64,000 nt of DNA from Escherichia coli (GTDB taxonomy: Bacteria; Pseudomonadota; Gammaproteobacteria; Enterobacterales; Enterobacteriaceae). Below, in pieces: positions 42,787 through 52,875 of this stretch. The position numbers were made by a program, and so were the translations under genes. Below the pieces are notes generated by a model, which was given only the letters and a program-made list of their open reading frames with translations, made no database searches and had not been told where the DNA came from. Location: NCBI RefSeq assembly GCF_041886205.1, contig NZ_CP169029.1. The stretch is one strand, 5' to 3'. How positions within the stretch are numbered: position 1 is the first letter of the stretch; the number at the start of each line of letters is the position of its first letter.

Positions 42787-43553
42787 CCTGGTAATGACTC
42801 CAGTCAGTAGTACAGTGTTTTCGACAAATGAACCAATGGCTTTTCGTGAATTTCCAGGGAGCGTGAAAAGCAAATCGTTTTCCGGGCTGGTCGTTTGATG
42901 TGAGTACGAAGTGTCAGATTGTTGCACTCAATGCGCCGGGTAAATATCTTGCCGACAAGATGCTTATCCTGTGGCATTTCTCTGGTATAACTGCTCCGGT
43001 TGTCTCTGGTTATCATGCCTGTGGAGAATGGCTTCAGGAGTTCCGGCAACTCACGACATGTTTCATCAGTGCGAGGACCAAAAGTGTAAGCCAGCACACC
43101 TCCAGATTTGGTGTTATACGCATACCAGTGCCACTGCTGACGAGCTTTGTTTTCGACAAAACTCCATTGTTCATCAAGTTCGCAGATAAGCGTCACATCG
43201 GCACTGGCGACTGGAGATGTGGTTACTTTGCGTGGTGAGCGTTTTATAAAGTGAGAATGACGGTGTTGATATCCACCTTCAGCGTTCTGGAACTATCGCG
43301 AACCCCGACTCCGTTATGAACCATTTCAACAATTTGCTCTTTAATGCCTGGTTTTCGGGTTTCGTAGATGTAATTCAGTTGAAATACACACGTTTGCAGG
43401 ATTAGCACTGGAAACGCTCATGATCTGAGGTGCTGTGATCATAATGGTACACTTTATAGGAATTACAGCTGGGAGAATGTACTGTAACTGTTGCCATATG
43501 GTCTCCAGATACCAATAGAATACCACATTAATCTATCGTCAGAAGGCATCACC
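42787..43553 (-). mobile_element. Divergent IS1-family element
   Basis: 767 bp; IS1-like termini (GGTAATGACTCCAG... and ...GAAGGCATCACC); InsA-like C-terminus (MVHNGVGVRDSSRTLKVDINTVIL) and InsB-like ORF. Confidence 0.6.
42804..43196 (-). CDS. IS1-family InsB-like protein
   Basis: 130 aa; resembles IS1 InsB (DEQW...RQ.W..YAY...TQRIE.NL.LR.H..R). Confidence 0.6.
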   Translation of the reverse strand: MTLICELDEQWSFVENKARQQWHWYAYNTKSGGVLAYTFGPRTDETCRELPELLKPFSTGMITRDNRSSYTREMPQDKHLVGKIFTRRIECNNLTLRTHIKRPARKTICFSRSLEIHEKPLVHLSKTLYY

Positions 43554-43693
43554 GGGGCCTTCTGACATAATCTGTTAATACGTGTACTATTACCCTGTTC
43601 AGAAAATATTGATTCAAAAATGAAAACCAGTTAACAGAAAAGCAAAATGATATAATGTTAAAATTTTATATAGTGCAATAAAAGGAGAATGTT

Positions 43694-45511
43694 ATGTATA
43701 ATTTTATCACTATAATGTATGATGTCTTTTCATGTTTTGGTGTTCTGGCTAAAAACCAGAATACCCGTGACATCCGAAATATTAAAAATTTTTCCTCACA
43801 TCAATATTCACTGGGCGACATGTTTGATGAATTAATAAACATTATTGATAAAGAACAAGTATTGAGTACAGAACAACGAAAAGTTATATTTAGGAGATAT
43901 GAAGATCTCTATGTTAAGCTAATGCACTATTCTGTTTTTACAGACCAAACACATCAAATAATAAAACAAAAATATTTTAATGACATTGTACCAATGATTC
44001 TCGCACTCGACATCAGGAACACATATCGCCCGGATAATGAGATGGCATTTTACTATCATATTCATTCTTTTCTCACTCAGATACCGGATAATGAGGATGA
44101 TATATATCATGCTGCAAGGACATATCTGCGAAATTACGTTAAGTTATGTTTATCCGGATACACACCAGCGAATGCGCATTTCAAAGATATCTTTGATGGC
44201 GTATATGAATTCATTCGTAATATTCGCAAAAACAGTACACCAGGAAAAACAAAACTTATCGCAACTATCAACACATGCAAAGAAACCTGTAAACATCTGC
44301 TTTATTTAAGTAATGAAGACAAGGAAAAAATAATTTCTGACTTAGATAAAGTTCAGGTTGCATGTTATTATCTCACTATATTACTGGCTTTCGAAAGACG
44401 AACTTCATTAACAAGCACCCTGGCAACTTTATATAAAATGCTGATAAGCGAAAGAGAAGTTTCAGAATATGAATGCCAGTTATTATATTTAACCAACCCA
44501 ATAGATGTAATGAATATACTGAACAAATACATATATTACTTTCCTAATGAAAACTCACCATTTTATACACTGAAAATTGACAGTGCATTATCGTGGGATG
44601 CCATTGACGCAATACGAGACTATAGTATTTCTGATATTTATCTTTATCCTGAACAAAAAACAATAAATTGTGTCGTTGAGATTGAAAACATTGTCTTTGG
44701 CGGTTACATTTATACATTGAACAACGGCGTCACATTACAAAACATAGAAAACACTTTAAAAGATTCTTCATGCCATTATGTCTTAAATGGCTATACAGAA
44801 TTTGTTAACTGTTTGATACAACTTACTTCAGGAAAGACTGAAAGTGTTCATCGCACCATCAATAAACTGAACTATGAGAAATTACCTTTTGGATTTATCA
44901 TTGCCGCGTTTGCTATACTAAAGATAGCATTTAAAATAAAATTCAGTAAAAATCATGTAAATATCCGAGCATTATTAAATGACATCAATTATTTTATGAC
45001 TTATCAGGGCGAGTCCATTAACCTTATTTCACTGGATCACGAATACCCAGAGTCCTGTCTTCAAAATGACACAAACACATATTTATTAGGAAGAGTAATA
45101 TTTCTGTATAACTCAATGATTTATAAGTTCATAAACTGTCAGGAACATGAAACCAATAACATTCACTCAGCTATGATAAATAACCTATTACAGGAAGTTG
45201 ATATAGCCCTTGGTAAAATAAATAACATTATAGACAGCAGAAACATATCAGCCCCCCATGAACTGGCAAATATTCTTACCCGCGAAAAAATACTTACAAC
45301 ACGGGAAAAAAAAGGAAACCTGATAAGCCTGTTTGATGGATTCACTTTATTCCATTGTGTTGGAATGATAACCTTTCTTATCCATTATCTCAGAACACCT
45401 GAAGAAAAAGTTGAAAATATATTTATGTTATATGGTGCAGATAAAAACAATAAACTACGCAGAAGACTGATTTATGACGCACTAGGAATAATTCAGTCTC
45501 AGCAGGAGTGA
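43694..45511 (+). CDS. Hypothetical protein, 605 aa, AT-rich orphan in the int-alpA variable slot
   Basis: Long uninterrupted ORF; very low GC versus flanks; no motif I can recognise. Confidence 0.5.
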   Translation: MYNFITIMYDVFSCFGVLAKNQNTRDIRNIKNFSSHQYSLGDMFDELINIIDKEQVLSTEQRKVIFRRYEDLYVKLMHYSVFTDQTHQIIKQKYFNDIVPMILALDIRNTYRPDNEMAFYYHIHSFLTQIPDNEDDIYHAARTYLRNYVKLCLSGYTPANAHFKDIFDGVYEFIRNIRKNSTPGKTKLIATINTCKETCKHLLYLSNEDKEKIISDLDKVQVACYYLTILLAFERRTSLTSTLATLYKMLISEREVSEYECQLLYLTNPIDVMNILNKYIYYFPNENSPFYTLKIDSALSWDAIDAIRDYSISDIYLYPEQKTINCVVEIENIVFGGYIYTLNNGVTLQNIENTLKDSSCHYVLNGYTEFVNCLIQLTSGKTESVHRTINKLNYEKLPFGFIIAAFAILKIAFKIKFSKNHVNIRALLNDINYFMTYQGESINLISLDHEYPESCLQNDTNTYLLGRVIFLYNSMIYKFINCQEHETNNIHSAMINNLLQEVDIALGKINNIIDSRNISAPHELANILTREKILTTREKKGNLISLFDGFTLFHCVGMITFLIHYLRTPEEKVENIFMLYGADKNNKLRRRLIYDALGIIQSQQE

Positions 45512-45698
45512 AACGTTAAAACAGGCAAATTGTTTTTTATAAATAGGAGATTGTTGAGTAATCCCCTGTTTATAAAAATACGCTTTCCTGACGATCTGAT
45601 AATTATCAGCTCAATACATTTGACATAAAAGCGGTTCCTTAATTACTACTGCCACGATCACATATCAAATCATGATCGTACAATATACATTTTCACTA

Positions 45699-46901
45699 TT
45701 ATTTATTCACAATTTGAGACATCACATAATCCGCCCATGCCTGCATCATCGGTACACGCTGCTCCAGTAGATCAGTACGATGATATGCCGCCTCAACCTT
45801 ATTTTTCAGCGTATGAGCGAGCGCCCTTTCCGCCAGATCCCGCGAATACCCCTGTTCACTACACCAGTCCCTGAATGTTGAGCGAAAACCATGTGCCGTG
45901 GCAACTCGCCCCGGAATGTCACTGACGGCTTTCTTTTTACGCAGAAAACTTGTCAACACCATATCGGAAAGGATCTGCTGCTTTCTGGGTGAAGGGAACA
46001 CCAGTTCATCATGCAGGCCACGTATATTTTCCAGAATGTAAATAGCCTGCCGGGATAAAGGAACACGATGCTGTAGCCTGGCTTTCATTCTTTCTGCAGG
46101 TATAGTCCATACCCGCTTATGAAAATCAATTTCAGCCCAGCGCATTCCCCTGGCTTCGCCCGAGCGAGTTGCTGTAAGTATCACCATTAATAACAGTGCG
46201 CGGGTAACATTATAAGGTTCATCACTATACACACTGGTCGCCACAAAAAGCGGTAACTGCCTCCAGGGCATTGCTGGTTGGTGTTCATCACGTCCTCTTG
46301 TCTGCTGAGGAAGCAAATGGTCAACCACATCAACAGGATTTGCCACACAAAAACCGTGCGCCCATCCCCACTGCATAACAACATGAATGCGCTGTTTAAC
46401 CCGGCTTGCCGTTTCTGACAAGGTTAACCAGACTGGACGCAGTGTTTCTGCCACGTCCGCAGCCGTAATCGAATCCAGCGTTTTTGCTCCCAGTTGAGGA
46501 AACGCGTAATTCTCAAGCGTCGATAACCACTGCCTTACATGCTTTGGATTTTCCCATCCTGGAGACAATTCTGCATGTACACGCCTGGCTGCATCGGCAA
46601 ATGTTGGGATAACGACTTTCTCAGATTCAGCCTTTTTAATCTCCAGAGGATCATCACCTGCAGCAAGTTGCTCTCGCATTATCCGGGCAGTACGTGCAGC
46701 TTCAGCAATACTGACCTCTGGGTAAGTTCCCAATCCAGCATTACGTCTTTTTTGTGTCACCGGACTTACATAACGAAAAACCCATTTCCCCCGCCCCTTT
46801 ACTGAAGAAGGATGAAGGGTCAGTCCGGTAATTCCCCCATGGGGCAATGGTTTGTCATCAGGTTTGATATGTCTTGCTTTCGTATCCGTCAATACTGCCA
46901 T
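45699..46901 (-). CDS. int: Tyrosine integrase, P4/CP4-57 type
   Basis: 400 aa; N-terminal MAVLTDTKARHIKPDDKPLPHGG... and C-terminal catalytic region (HGFRSTFRDW...LAH...Y). Confidence 0.85.
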   Translation of the reverse strand: MAVLTDTKARHIKPDDKPLPHGGITGLTLHPSSVKGRGKWVFRYVSPVTQKRRNAGLGTYPEVSIAEAARTARIMREQLAAGDDPLEIKKAESEKVVIPTFADAARRVHAELSPGWENPKHVRQWLSTLENYAFPQLGAKTLDSITAADVAETLRPVWLTLSETASRVKQRIHVVMQWGWAHGFCVANPVDVVDHLLPQQTRGRDEHQPAMPWRQLPLFVATSVYSDEPYNVTRALLLMVILTATRSGEARGMRWAEIDFHKRVWTIPAERMKARLQHRVPLSRQAIYILENIRGLHDELVFPSPRKQQILSDMVLTSFLRKKKAVSDIPGRVATAHGFRSTFRDWCSEQGYSRDLAERALAHTLKNKVEAAYHRTDLLEQRVPMMQAWADYVMSQIVNK

Positions 46902-47061
46902 ACGCTAATTCCCGTCACTCTGGTATGCCATCCAGTATGCCATTAGTCTCTCGCTTCACTAAGAATACATTAGATAATATCGGACAACAAAAAGTGTAAT
47001 ACATTGTTTATAATGAAATTATATAACACCCCTGGATTAAGTCAGATTTATTTCAGGCGGT

Positions 47062-47522
47062 CCCCCTCACCGCCATATTTAAAGAAGAGCTCGTACGAAA
47101 GTACGGGCTTTTTTTTCGTATATTGCACACACCGGGGGGATGAGAATCCCCGACCGGGGGTCGACAACTGGCGGCAGCCAGTTGGACAGACCGTGAACGC
47201 AGTGAGCGGGCTGCCCGCAGGGCGAGCGAAGCGAGTCAATCCCCCCCTCACCGCCATATTTAAAGAAGAGCTCGTACGAAAGTACGGGCTTTTTTTTTCG
47301 TATATTGCACACACCGGGGGGATGAGAATCCCCGACCGGGGGTCGACAACTGGCGACAGCCAGTTGGACAGACCGTGAACGCAGTGAGCGGGCTGCCCGC
47401 AGGGCGAGCGAAGCGAGTCAATCCCCCCCTCACCGCCATATTTAAAGAAGAGCTCGTACGAAAGTACGGGCTTTTTTTCGTGTATTGCACACACCGGGGG
47501 GATGAGAATCCCCGACCGGGAT
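47062..47522 (+). repeat. Tandem ~180-bp repeats (about 2.6 copies), each beginning with a tRNA-Ser(GGA)-like 3'-end copy (attachment core)
   Basis: Unit starts at about 47062, 47243 and 47424; copies 2 and 3 carry AATCCCCCCCTCACCGCCA; each unit also contains a hairpin plus T-run (GCTCGTACGAAAGTACGGGCTTTTTTT) and further stem-loops. Confidence 0.7.
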
Positions 47523-47528
47523 ACTTAG

Positions 47529-48215
47529 TTAATGCAACGGTTCACTCTTTGTCGCCGCGACTAATGGGCGAATTTTGTCACGAGTCTCCCAGACCGGAGG
47601 GATTTCCTCCAATTTAGTGACAGAAGCTCGTACAAAAGGCACTCGTGCAAGAGTCATAATCGTATCCAACCAACGGTCACGAATAATGCGATCCGCCCTT
47701 TCATGACTCGGGTCATCCAGCTCAATAACACAGACTATTTTATTGTTCTTCTTTGAAACCAGAACATAATCCATTGCCATGCCATTATAAATTGCAAAGA
47801 AACGCTTTCTTTCTTCTTCGCTAAACTCAGGTTGTTCTGGATAGTTGAGCAAGCGCCCCAGAGAGACCTGGCAATGGATATGACAATAATGTCCAAACCA
47901 TTTCTCCAGATTATCGAAATACATTTTTTCACAACGCGTGATTAACCACTCTTTTCCTTCCAATAAAATACCTTCGGCAACCATTCCCTGAAATAACTCA
48001 TCTCGTTCTTGCCAACGAGAGTCACGATAGGTTTTCTGCGGTATATAGGTCCTTGTCGACGACTTAGCAGCAGGGGAAGTTGCAGATGAAGGGACTGGTT
48101 GCGATTTAGCGATGATTACCGATGAGGCAACTTTTCGGAGTGTCAATTTTCTGGCAACAGCAAAACCGGCGACAAATGCAATTGTCAAACAAGTTACAAA
48201 AGCCATAAAGCTCAT
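47529..48215 (-). CDS. DUF2726-like membrane-anchored protein (restriction-endonuclease-like fold)
   Basis: 228 aa; N-terminal TM helix; C-terminal motif KIVCVIELDDPSHERADRIIRDRWLD. Confidence 0.45.
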   Translation of the reverse strand: MSFMAFVTCLTIAFVAGFAVARKLTLRKVASSVIIAKSQPVPSSATSPAAKSSTRTYIPQKTYRDSRWQERDELFQGMVAEGILLEGKEWLITRCEKMYFDNLEKWFGHYCHIHCQVSLGRLLNYPEQPEFSEEERKRFFAIYNGMAMDYVLVSKKNNKIVCVIELDDPSHERADRIIRDRWLDTIMTLARVPFVRASVTKLEEIPPVWETRDKIRPLVAATKSEPLH

Positions 48216-48766
48216 AATTAATTTTCACTTATCCATGTTGATTATATTTCATTACCAATGTTACTCGCTGAAGCGTGTTACATGCCAACAATGCAACGAT
48301 CAATATATAGTTAGTATCATGTTTTGATTATTACAACCATCCCTATTTTGCCATTGCAGCTTGCCTTCCACAAAAAAAATAACAACAAACAATATTAGCC
48401 AAAGAATTAATTAAGATTAACCTTGCATTTATAATATTATCCCTAAAGAATAAATCAGAGGAATATATTCGGTGTTAATCAGTCAGTCAAATTATGGCCC
48501 ATTGTTGATTAAACCTCATAAGCAAAATTGGCACCAGATCTCCTGTACAGGTTGAATGGCCGAAAAAAGATAGGCAGATGCTCGCTTTTTTGGCTTCTGG
48601 AAGAAAAACTCTCCGCACTGGCAGTATTACACTGGTCTGATGCTATGACGAAAAATGCCTGGTAAGAGTATCTAAACCAGACTCCAGTTCAGCTTATCAA
48701 CACGCTCAAAGTCGCCCCCCTGAACGCTAACCTGAAGTTAAAGTCTTTGCTGTTAATGAAATAAAA

Positions 48767-48790
48767 CAAAGCCCGGTTCGCCCGGGCTCT
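48767..48790 (-). terminator. Rho-independent terminator of phoH
   Basis: Minus-strand GCCCGGGCGAACCGGGC hairpin followed by TTTGTTTT. Confidence 0.55.
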
Positions 48791-48805
48791 GCACCGATAA
48801 CACAC

Positions 48806-49729
48806 TTAACTGTATGCATGCAGCGTACGTTGGCAAAGTGCCGAACGTACGCAATCCTCTTTACCGAACCGGACGATCCCAACCATTTCATCTTCTTCGA
48901 AACGTTCCAGCGCGTCACTTAATCCGGAGCACACGCCGCGAGGCAAATCGCATTGCGTGATATCACCGTTGACGATAACTGTCACGTTCTCCCCGAGGCG
49001 GGTTAAAAACATTTTCATTTGCGCGGCAGTCACATTCTGCGCCTCGTCAAGAATGACGACTGCATTTTCAAAGGTACGTCCACGCATATAGGCGAAAGGC
49101 GCAATTTCCACCTTCCCTATTTCCGGTCGCAGGCAGTACTGCATAAAGGAAGCCCCTAAGCGCCGGACCAGCACGTCGTAAACCGGGCGAAAATAGGGAG
49201 CAAACTTTTCTGCGATATCTCCAGGTAAGAAGCCAAGATCTTCATCGGCTTGCAGAACTGGACGGGTGACGATAATCCTGTCGACATCCTTATGTATCAG
49301 GGCCTCTGCCGCTTTTGCTGCGCTGATCCAGGTTTTTCCGCACCCGGCTTCGCCCGTGGCGAATATCAGCTGCTTACTCTCAATAGCCTTCAGATAGTGC
49401 AATTGCGCTTCATTACGCGCGAGGATGGGCGAAGTATCGCGACTGTCGCGGGCCATACCAATGGCTTCTACGCCGCTCATTTGCACAAGCGAGGTGACCG
49501 ATTCTTCTTCACGCTGCTTATGGCTGCGCGAATCCCGTCTCAGCACACGTTTTGCCTCGCGACGAGCTTTGATCACTGCTTTTTGTCTTCCCATGGAGAG
49601 CACCTTGAGTTGTTTGTATTCATCACACGCGCCGTTGGCAGCGCGATTATGCGCACGAACATCAGAGGGTTGGCTTCCTTGTAAGCCATAGTTTGCTTTT
49701 GGATAAAATGCCGAAAAACGGCTACGCAC
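48806..49729 (-). CDS. phoH: PhoH (phosphate-starvation-inducible ATPase); start codon uncertain
   Basis: PhoH/YbeZ motifs (GEAGCGKT, VILDEAQN); synteny with efeB. Confidence 0.85.
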   Translation of the reverse strand: MRSRFSAFYPKANYGLQGSQPSDVRAHNRAANGACDEYKQLKVLSMGRQKAVIKARREAKRVLRRDSRSHKQREEESVTSLVQMSGVEAIGMARDSRDTSPILARNEAQLHYLKAIESKQLIFATGEAGCGKTWISAAKAAEALIHKDVDRIIVTRPVLQADEDLGFLPGDIAEKFAPYFRPVYDVLVRRLGASFMQYCLRPEIGKVEIAPFAYMRGRTFENAVVILDEAQNVTAAQMKMFLTRLGENVTVIVNGDITQCDLPRGVCSGLSDALERFEEDEMVGIVRFGKEDCVRSALCQRTLHAYS

Positions 49730-50069
49730 ACCGTTTGCGGCGTCGGTAACACGAGTAAAGAGAGGAAGTGAGAAAAATACAGAGTGACGAAGTTGCTACC
49801 GGAGGAGAAAACTCCGCGAGTGGTGGCGCGTTGATTATCTAAAACATGTCCAGTATAGGACGTTACCATCCGCGATCTCCATAGTGACTGACTATCACTG
49901 CCGGGAACTTCCGCTGCTACTTAATAAGTACAACAGATCTCGCATTTATTGCAACAATATATTTACTTATATTTAACTATAAAACACCATTTTAGTGACA
50001 TTAGTTTCTACTGGAAAGATGACAGAGTGATGACAGTGATGAAAAAAGCTGTGTGCTTTCAGCAGGATT

Positions 50070-50405
50070 TGCATCAGGCATCAGTGCACGATCGCCGGAT
50101 GCGGCGTAAACGCCTTATCCAGCCTACCAAACCCGCACCGATTATAGGCATGATAAGACGCGCAAGCGTCGCATCAGGCATCAGTGCACGATCGCCGGAT
50201 GCGGCGTAAACGCCTTATCCAGCCTACCAAACCCGCACCGATTGTAGGCATGATAAGACGCGCAAGCGTCGCATCAGGCATCAGCGCACGAACGCCGGAT
50301 GCGGCATCAACGCCTTATCCCGCCTACCGAACCCGCACCGATTGTAGGCATGATAAGACGCGCAAGCGTCGCATCAGGCATCAGCGCACGAATGCCTTAT
50401 TCGCC
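50070..50405. repeat. REP/BIME cluster (three tandem units)
   Basis: Repeated GCCGGATGCGGCGTAAACGCCTTATCCAGCCTAC and partner palindromes between efeB and phoH. Confidence 0.75.
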
Positions 50406-50413
50406 TAAAAACA

Positions 50414-51685
50414 TTAAACCCGCAATAACGCGCTTCCGAGATAATCATTCGCGTCCTTCACTCCCGGCAGCGCAAAAAAATAACCGCCGCCGATGGGTTT
50501 AACGTATTCCTCCAGCGCTTCGCCATTGAGCCTTTTTTGTACTGTCAGGAAGCCTTTTTCCAGATCGTGTTGGTAGCAGACAAACAGTAGCCCCATATCC
50601 AGTTGCCCGGAGTTGGTGACGCCCAGTGAATAACTGTAGCCACGACGCAGCATCAGGCTGGACTCACTCTCCGCCGTACGGGGATTCGCCAGCCGGATAT
50701 GGCTGTCCAGCGCGATCACCTTCCCTTCAGGGTCGCTGGCGTAATCAGGCACATCATGCTCATGCTGCATTCCCAGCGGCGCACCGGTTTGCTTATCACG
50801 GCCAAAAATCGTCTGCTGTTCTTTCAGCGGCGTTCTGTCCCAAAATTCCACTCGAAACTGAATCAAGCGTACTGCCTGATAGCTGCCACCAATTGTCCAC
50901 GCAGGCTCCTGCTGATCTGCCGTTACCCACACCACTTTTTGCATCAACTTATCATTCTGGCTATCGGGATTGGCAGTGCCGTCTTTGAAACCCAGCAAAT
51001 TAATCGGCGTCTCTTTGCCTTTACTACGCGCTGCGTGATCGGAAATAAACCCTTCCCGCTTCCAGCGCACACTGAGCAAATCCGGCGTGTGTTTGATGAT
51101 ATCGCGCAGCGCATGGATCACCGTGTCCTGGGTGTTGGCGCAAATTTGTAGCAACACATCACCATGACATAACGCCGCATCCAGCGAGTCGTTGGGGAAA
51201 CGCGTCATCTTCTGCAACTTTTTCGGCATCTGTGGCGCAAGGCCAAACCGCTCATCAAACAATGAGTGGCCCACCGATAACGTTATGGTGAGATTATCGG
51301 GCGCAATGTAGCCGCCAAGAATGCCGGAATCGAGTGGTGGCAGGCGCGGATTTGGCGTTTCTGGTGCCGCTCCGCCCTGAGTCAGAAAAGCAAAACGCTG
51401 AGTCAACAAGCGAAACAACCGTTCAAGATCGGCTTTATCGCTGGCAAGCACATCAAACGCCACCAGCATCATTGCGGCCTGTTGTGGCGTCAGGATCCCT
51501 GCCTGATGCTCACCATAAAACGGCTGTTTCTCATTGCGTGCATCCGGTGAAAGCGTGCCCGGTGCACTTTGCGTTTTTTGTGCATGAACGACCGGACAAC
51601 TTCCCGCCAGCGCCAGCGCACCAATCCCTTTCAGTAAACGTCGGCGTGACGGTTCATTCACGCCGTTTTCATCTTCATACTGCAT
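50414..51685 (-). CDS. efeB: Dye-decolorizing (Dyp-type) peroxidase EfeB, Tat-secreted
   Basis: 423 aa; twin-arginine signal [16 protein letters not shown]. Confidence 0.9.
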   Translation of the reverse strand: MQYEDENGVNEPSRRRLLKGIGALALAGSCPVVHAQKTQSAPGTLSPDARNEKQPFYGEHQAGILTPQQAAMMLVAFDVLASDKADLERLFRLLTQRFAFLTQGGAAPETPNPRLPPLDSGILGGYIAPDNLTITLSVGHSLFDERFGLAPQMPKKLQKMTRFPNDSLDAALCHGDVLLQICANTQDTVIHALRDIIKHTPDLLSVRWKREGFISDHAARSKGKETPINLLGFKDGTANPDSQNDKLMQKVVWVTADQQEPAWTIGGSYQAVRLIQFRVEFWDRTPLKEQQTIFGRDKQTGAPLGMQHEHDVPDYASDPEGKVIALDSHIRLANPRTAESESSLMLRRGYSYSLGVTNSGQLDMGLLFVCYQHDLEKGFLTVQKRLNGEALEEYVKPIGGGYFFALPGVKDANDYLGSALLRV

Positions 51686-51690
51686 AACGC

Positions 51691-52818
51691 TTAATCCAGT
51701 CCCAGCACACCGCGAAGTTGCGCCAGATCTTCCGCCAGCGCAGTAATCGGTCCTTTCAGTGCATTCCGGTCGGCATCGGTCAATTTGTCGTAGGTTTCAA
51801 AACCGTCTTTAGTACGGTATTTCGCCAGAATGGTATCGACCTTTTTAAAGTTGGCATCGACTTTTGCCAGCAGTTCCGGGTTGGCTTTTTGCAGTTGTGG
51901 ACGCAGCAAATCGACAATTTTCTGCGAGCCTTCAACGTTAGCCTGGAAATCCCACAGATCGGTGTGGCTGTAGCGATCTTCTTCACCGCTAATTTTGCTG
52001 GCTGCCACTTCCTCAATCAGTCCGGCTGCGCCGCCGACCACTTTTGAAGGTGGGAAAGCCAGTTCACTGATGCGTTTTTGCAAATCGACCACATCTGTAT
52101 AAAGCTGCTCAGCGTACTGATCCATCCCTTTGGTGGTGTTGTCGCCAAACAATGCTTTTTCCAGACGGTGGAAACCAGTGAATTTTGGGTCGGCGGCTTT
52201 TTGCTCGTAATCATCTTCACGGGCGTCAATGCTGCCATCCAGATCGGAGAACAGTTCAGCAATCGGTTCAATGCGCTCATAGTGCTGGCGCGTCGGCGCA
52301 TACAGTGCTTTCGCTTTTTCGATATCGCCAGCTTTAATCGCGTCGGTAAAGGCTTTGGTGTCGGTCACCAGCTGCGTGGTTTCCGCCATGACATACGCTT
52401 TATATGCAGTAATTGCACCACCAAGACTTAACAGCGCATCACTTTGCGCCGCATCCGCCGTTGCCTCACCTTTGACGATCAACTTCCCTTTCGGGTTAGT
52501 CAGCAGACCGCAGGTCATATCGTATTCGCCAGGCTGTAAATTCGCCGTCATTTTCTGGCTAAAACCAGGGGCGATATTTTCCCGCTCTTCCACCACCATC
52601 ACGCCTTTGAGGATCTCCCACTCCAGCGCCTTCTGGCTATGGTTCTGAATAATGAACTGTGTTTTCCCGGCGTTAACCGTAATGGTCATCGGTTCGCACT
52701 GCTTATCCGTCACGGTCACTTTGACCTGCGGCACATCAGCGGCGTTAGCCATAAAAGCAGAAGAAAACAGCGCAGCCACGCTCAACTGCAATGCGTTACG
52801 GCGGAAGTTAATGGTCAT
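51691..52818 (-). CDS. efeO: Iron uptake system component EfeO
   Basis: 375 aa; signal peptide; cupredoxin/M75 region; synteny. Confidence 0.9.
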   Translation of the reverse strand: MTINFRRNALQLSVAALFSSAFMANAADVPQVKVTVTDKQCEPMTITVNAGKTQFIIQNHSQKALEWEILKGVMVVEERENIAPGFSQKMTANLQPGEYDMTCGLLTNPKGKLIVKGEATADAAQSDALLSLGGAITAYKAYVMAETTQLVTDTKAFTDAIKAGDIEKAKALYAPTRQHYERIEPIAELFSDLDGSIDAREDDYEQKAADPKFTGFHRLEKALFGDNTTKGMDQYAEQLYTDVVDLQKRISELAFPPSKVVGGAAGLIEEVAASKISGEEDRYSHTDLWDFQANVEGSQKIVDLLRPQLQKANPELLAKVDANFKKVDTILAKYRTKDGFETYDKLTDADRNALKGPITALAEDLAQLRGVLGLD

Positions 52819-52875
52819 GACGAGACTATCCCTTTAAAGTATGTTGTAACTAAGCAAGAGTTTGCGTCGTATTTG

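Noticed and set aside
47004-47617. ORFs of 76-148 aa on both strands within the tandem ~180-bp repeats
   Set aside because: Their repetitive near-identical sequences are a consequence of the tandem repeat; the repeat carries RNA-like structure and a tRNA 3'-end motif rather than coding features
49949-50502. Three overlapping plus-strand ORFs with nearly identical peptides
   Set aside because: They coincide with the REP/BIME palindromic cluster between efeB and phoH and are repeat artefacts
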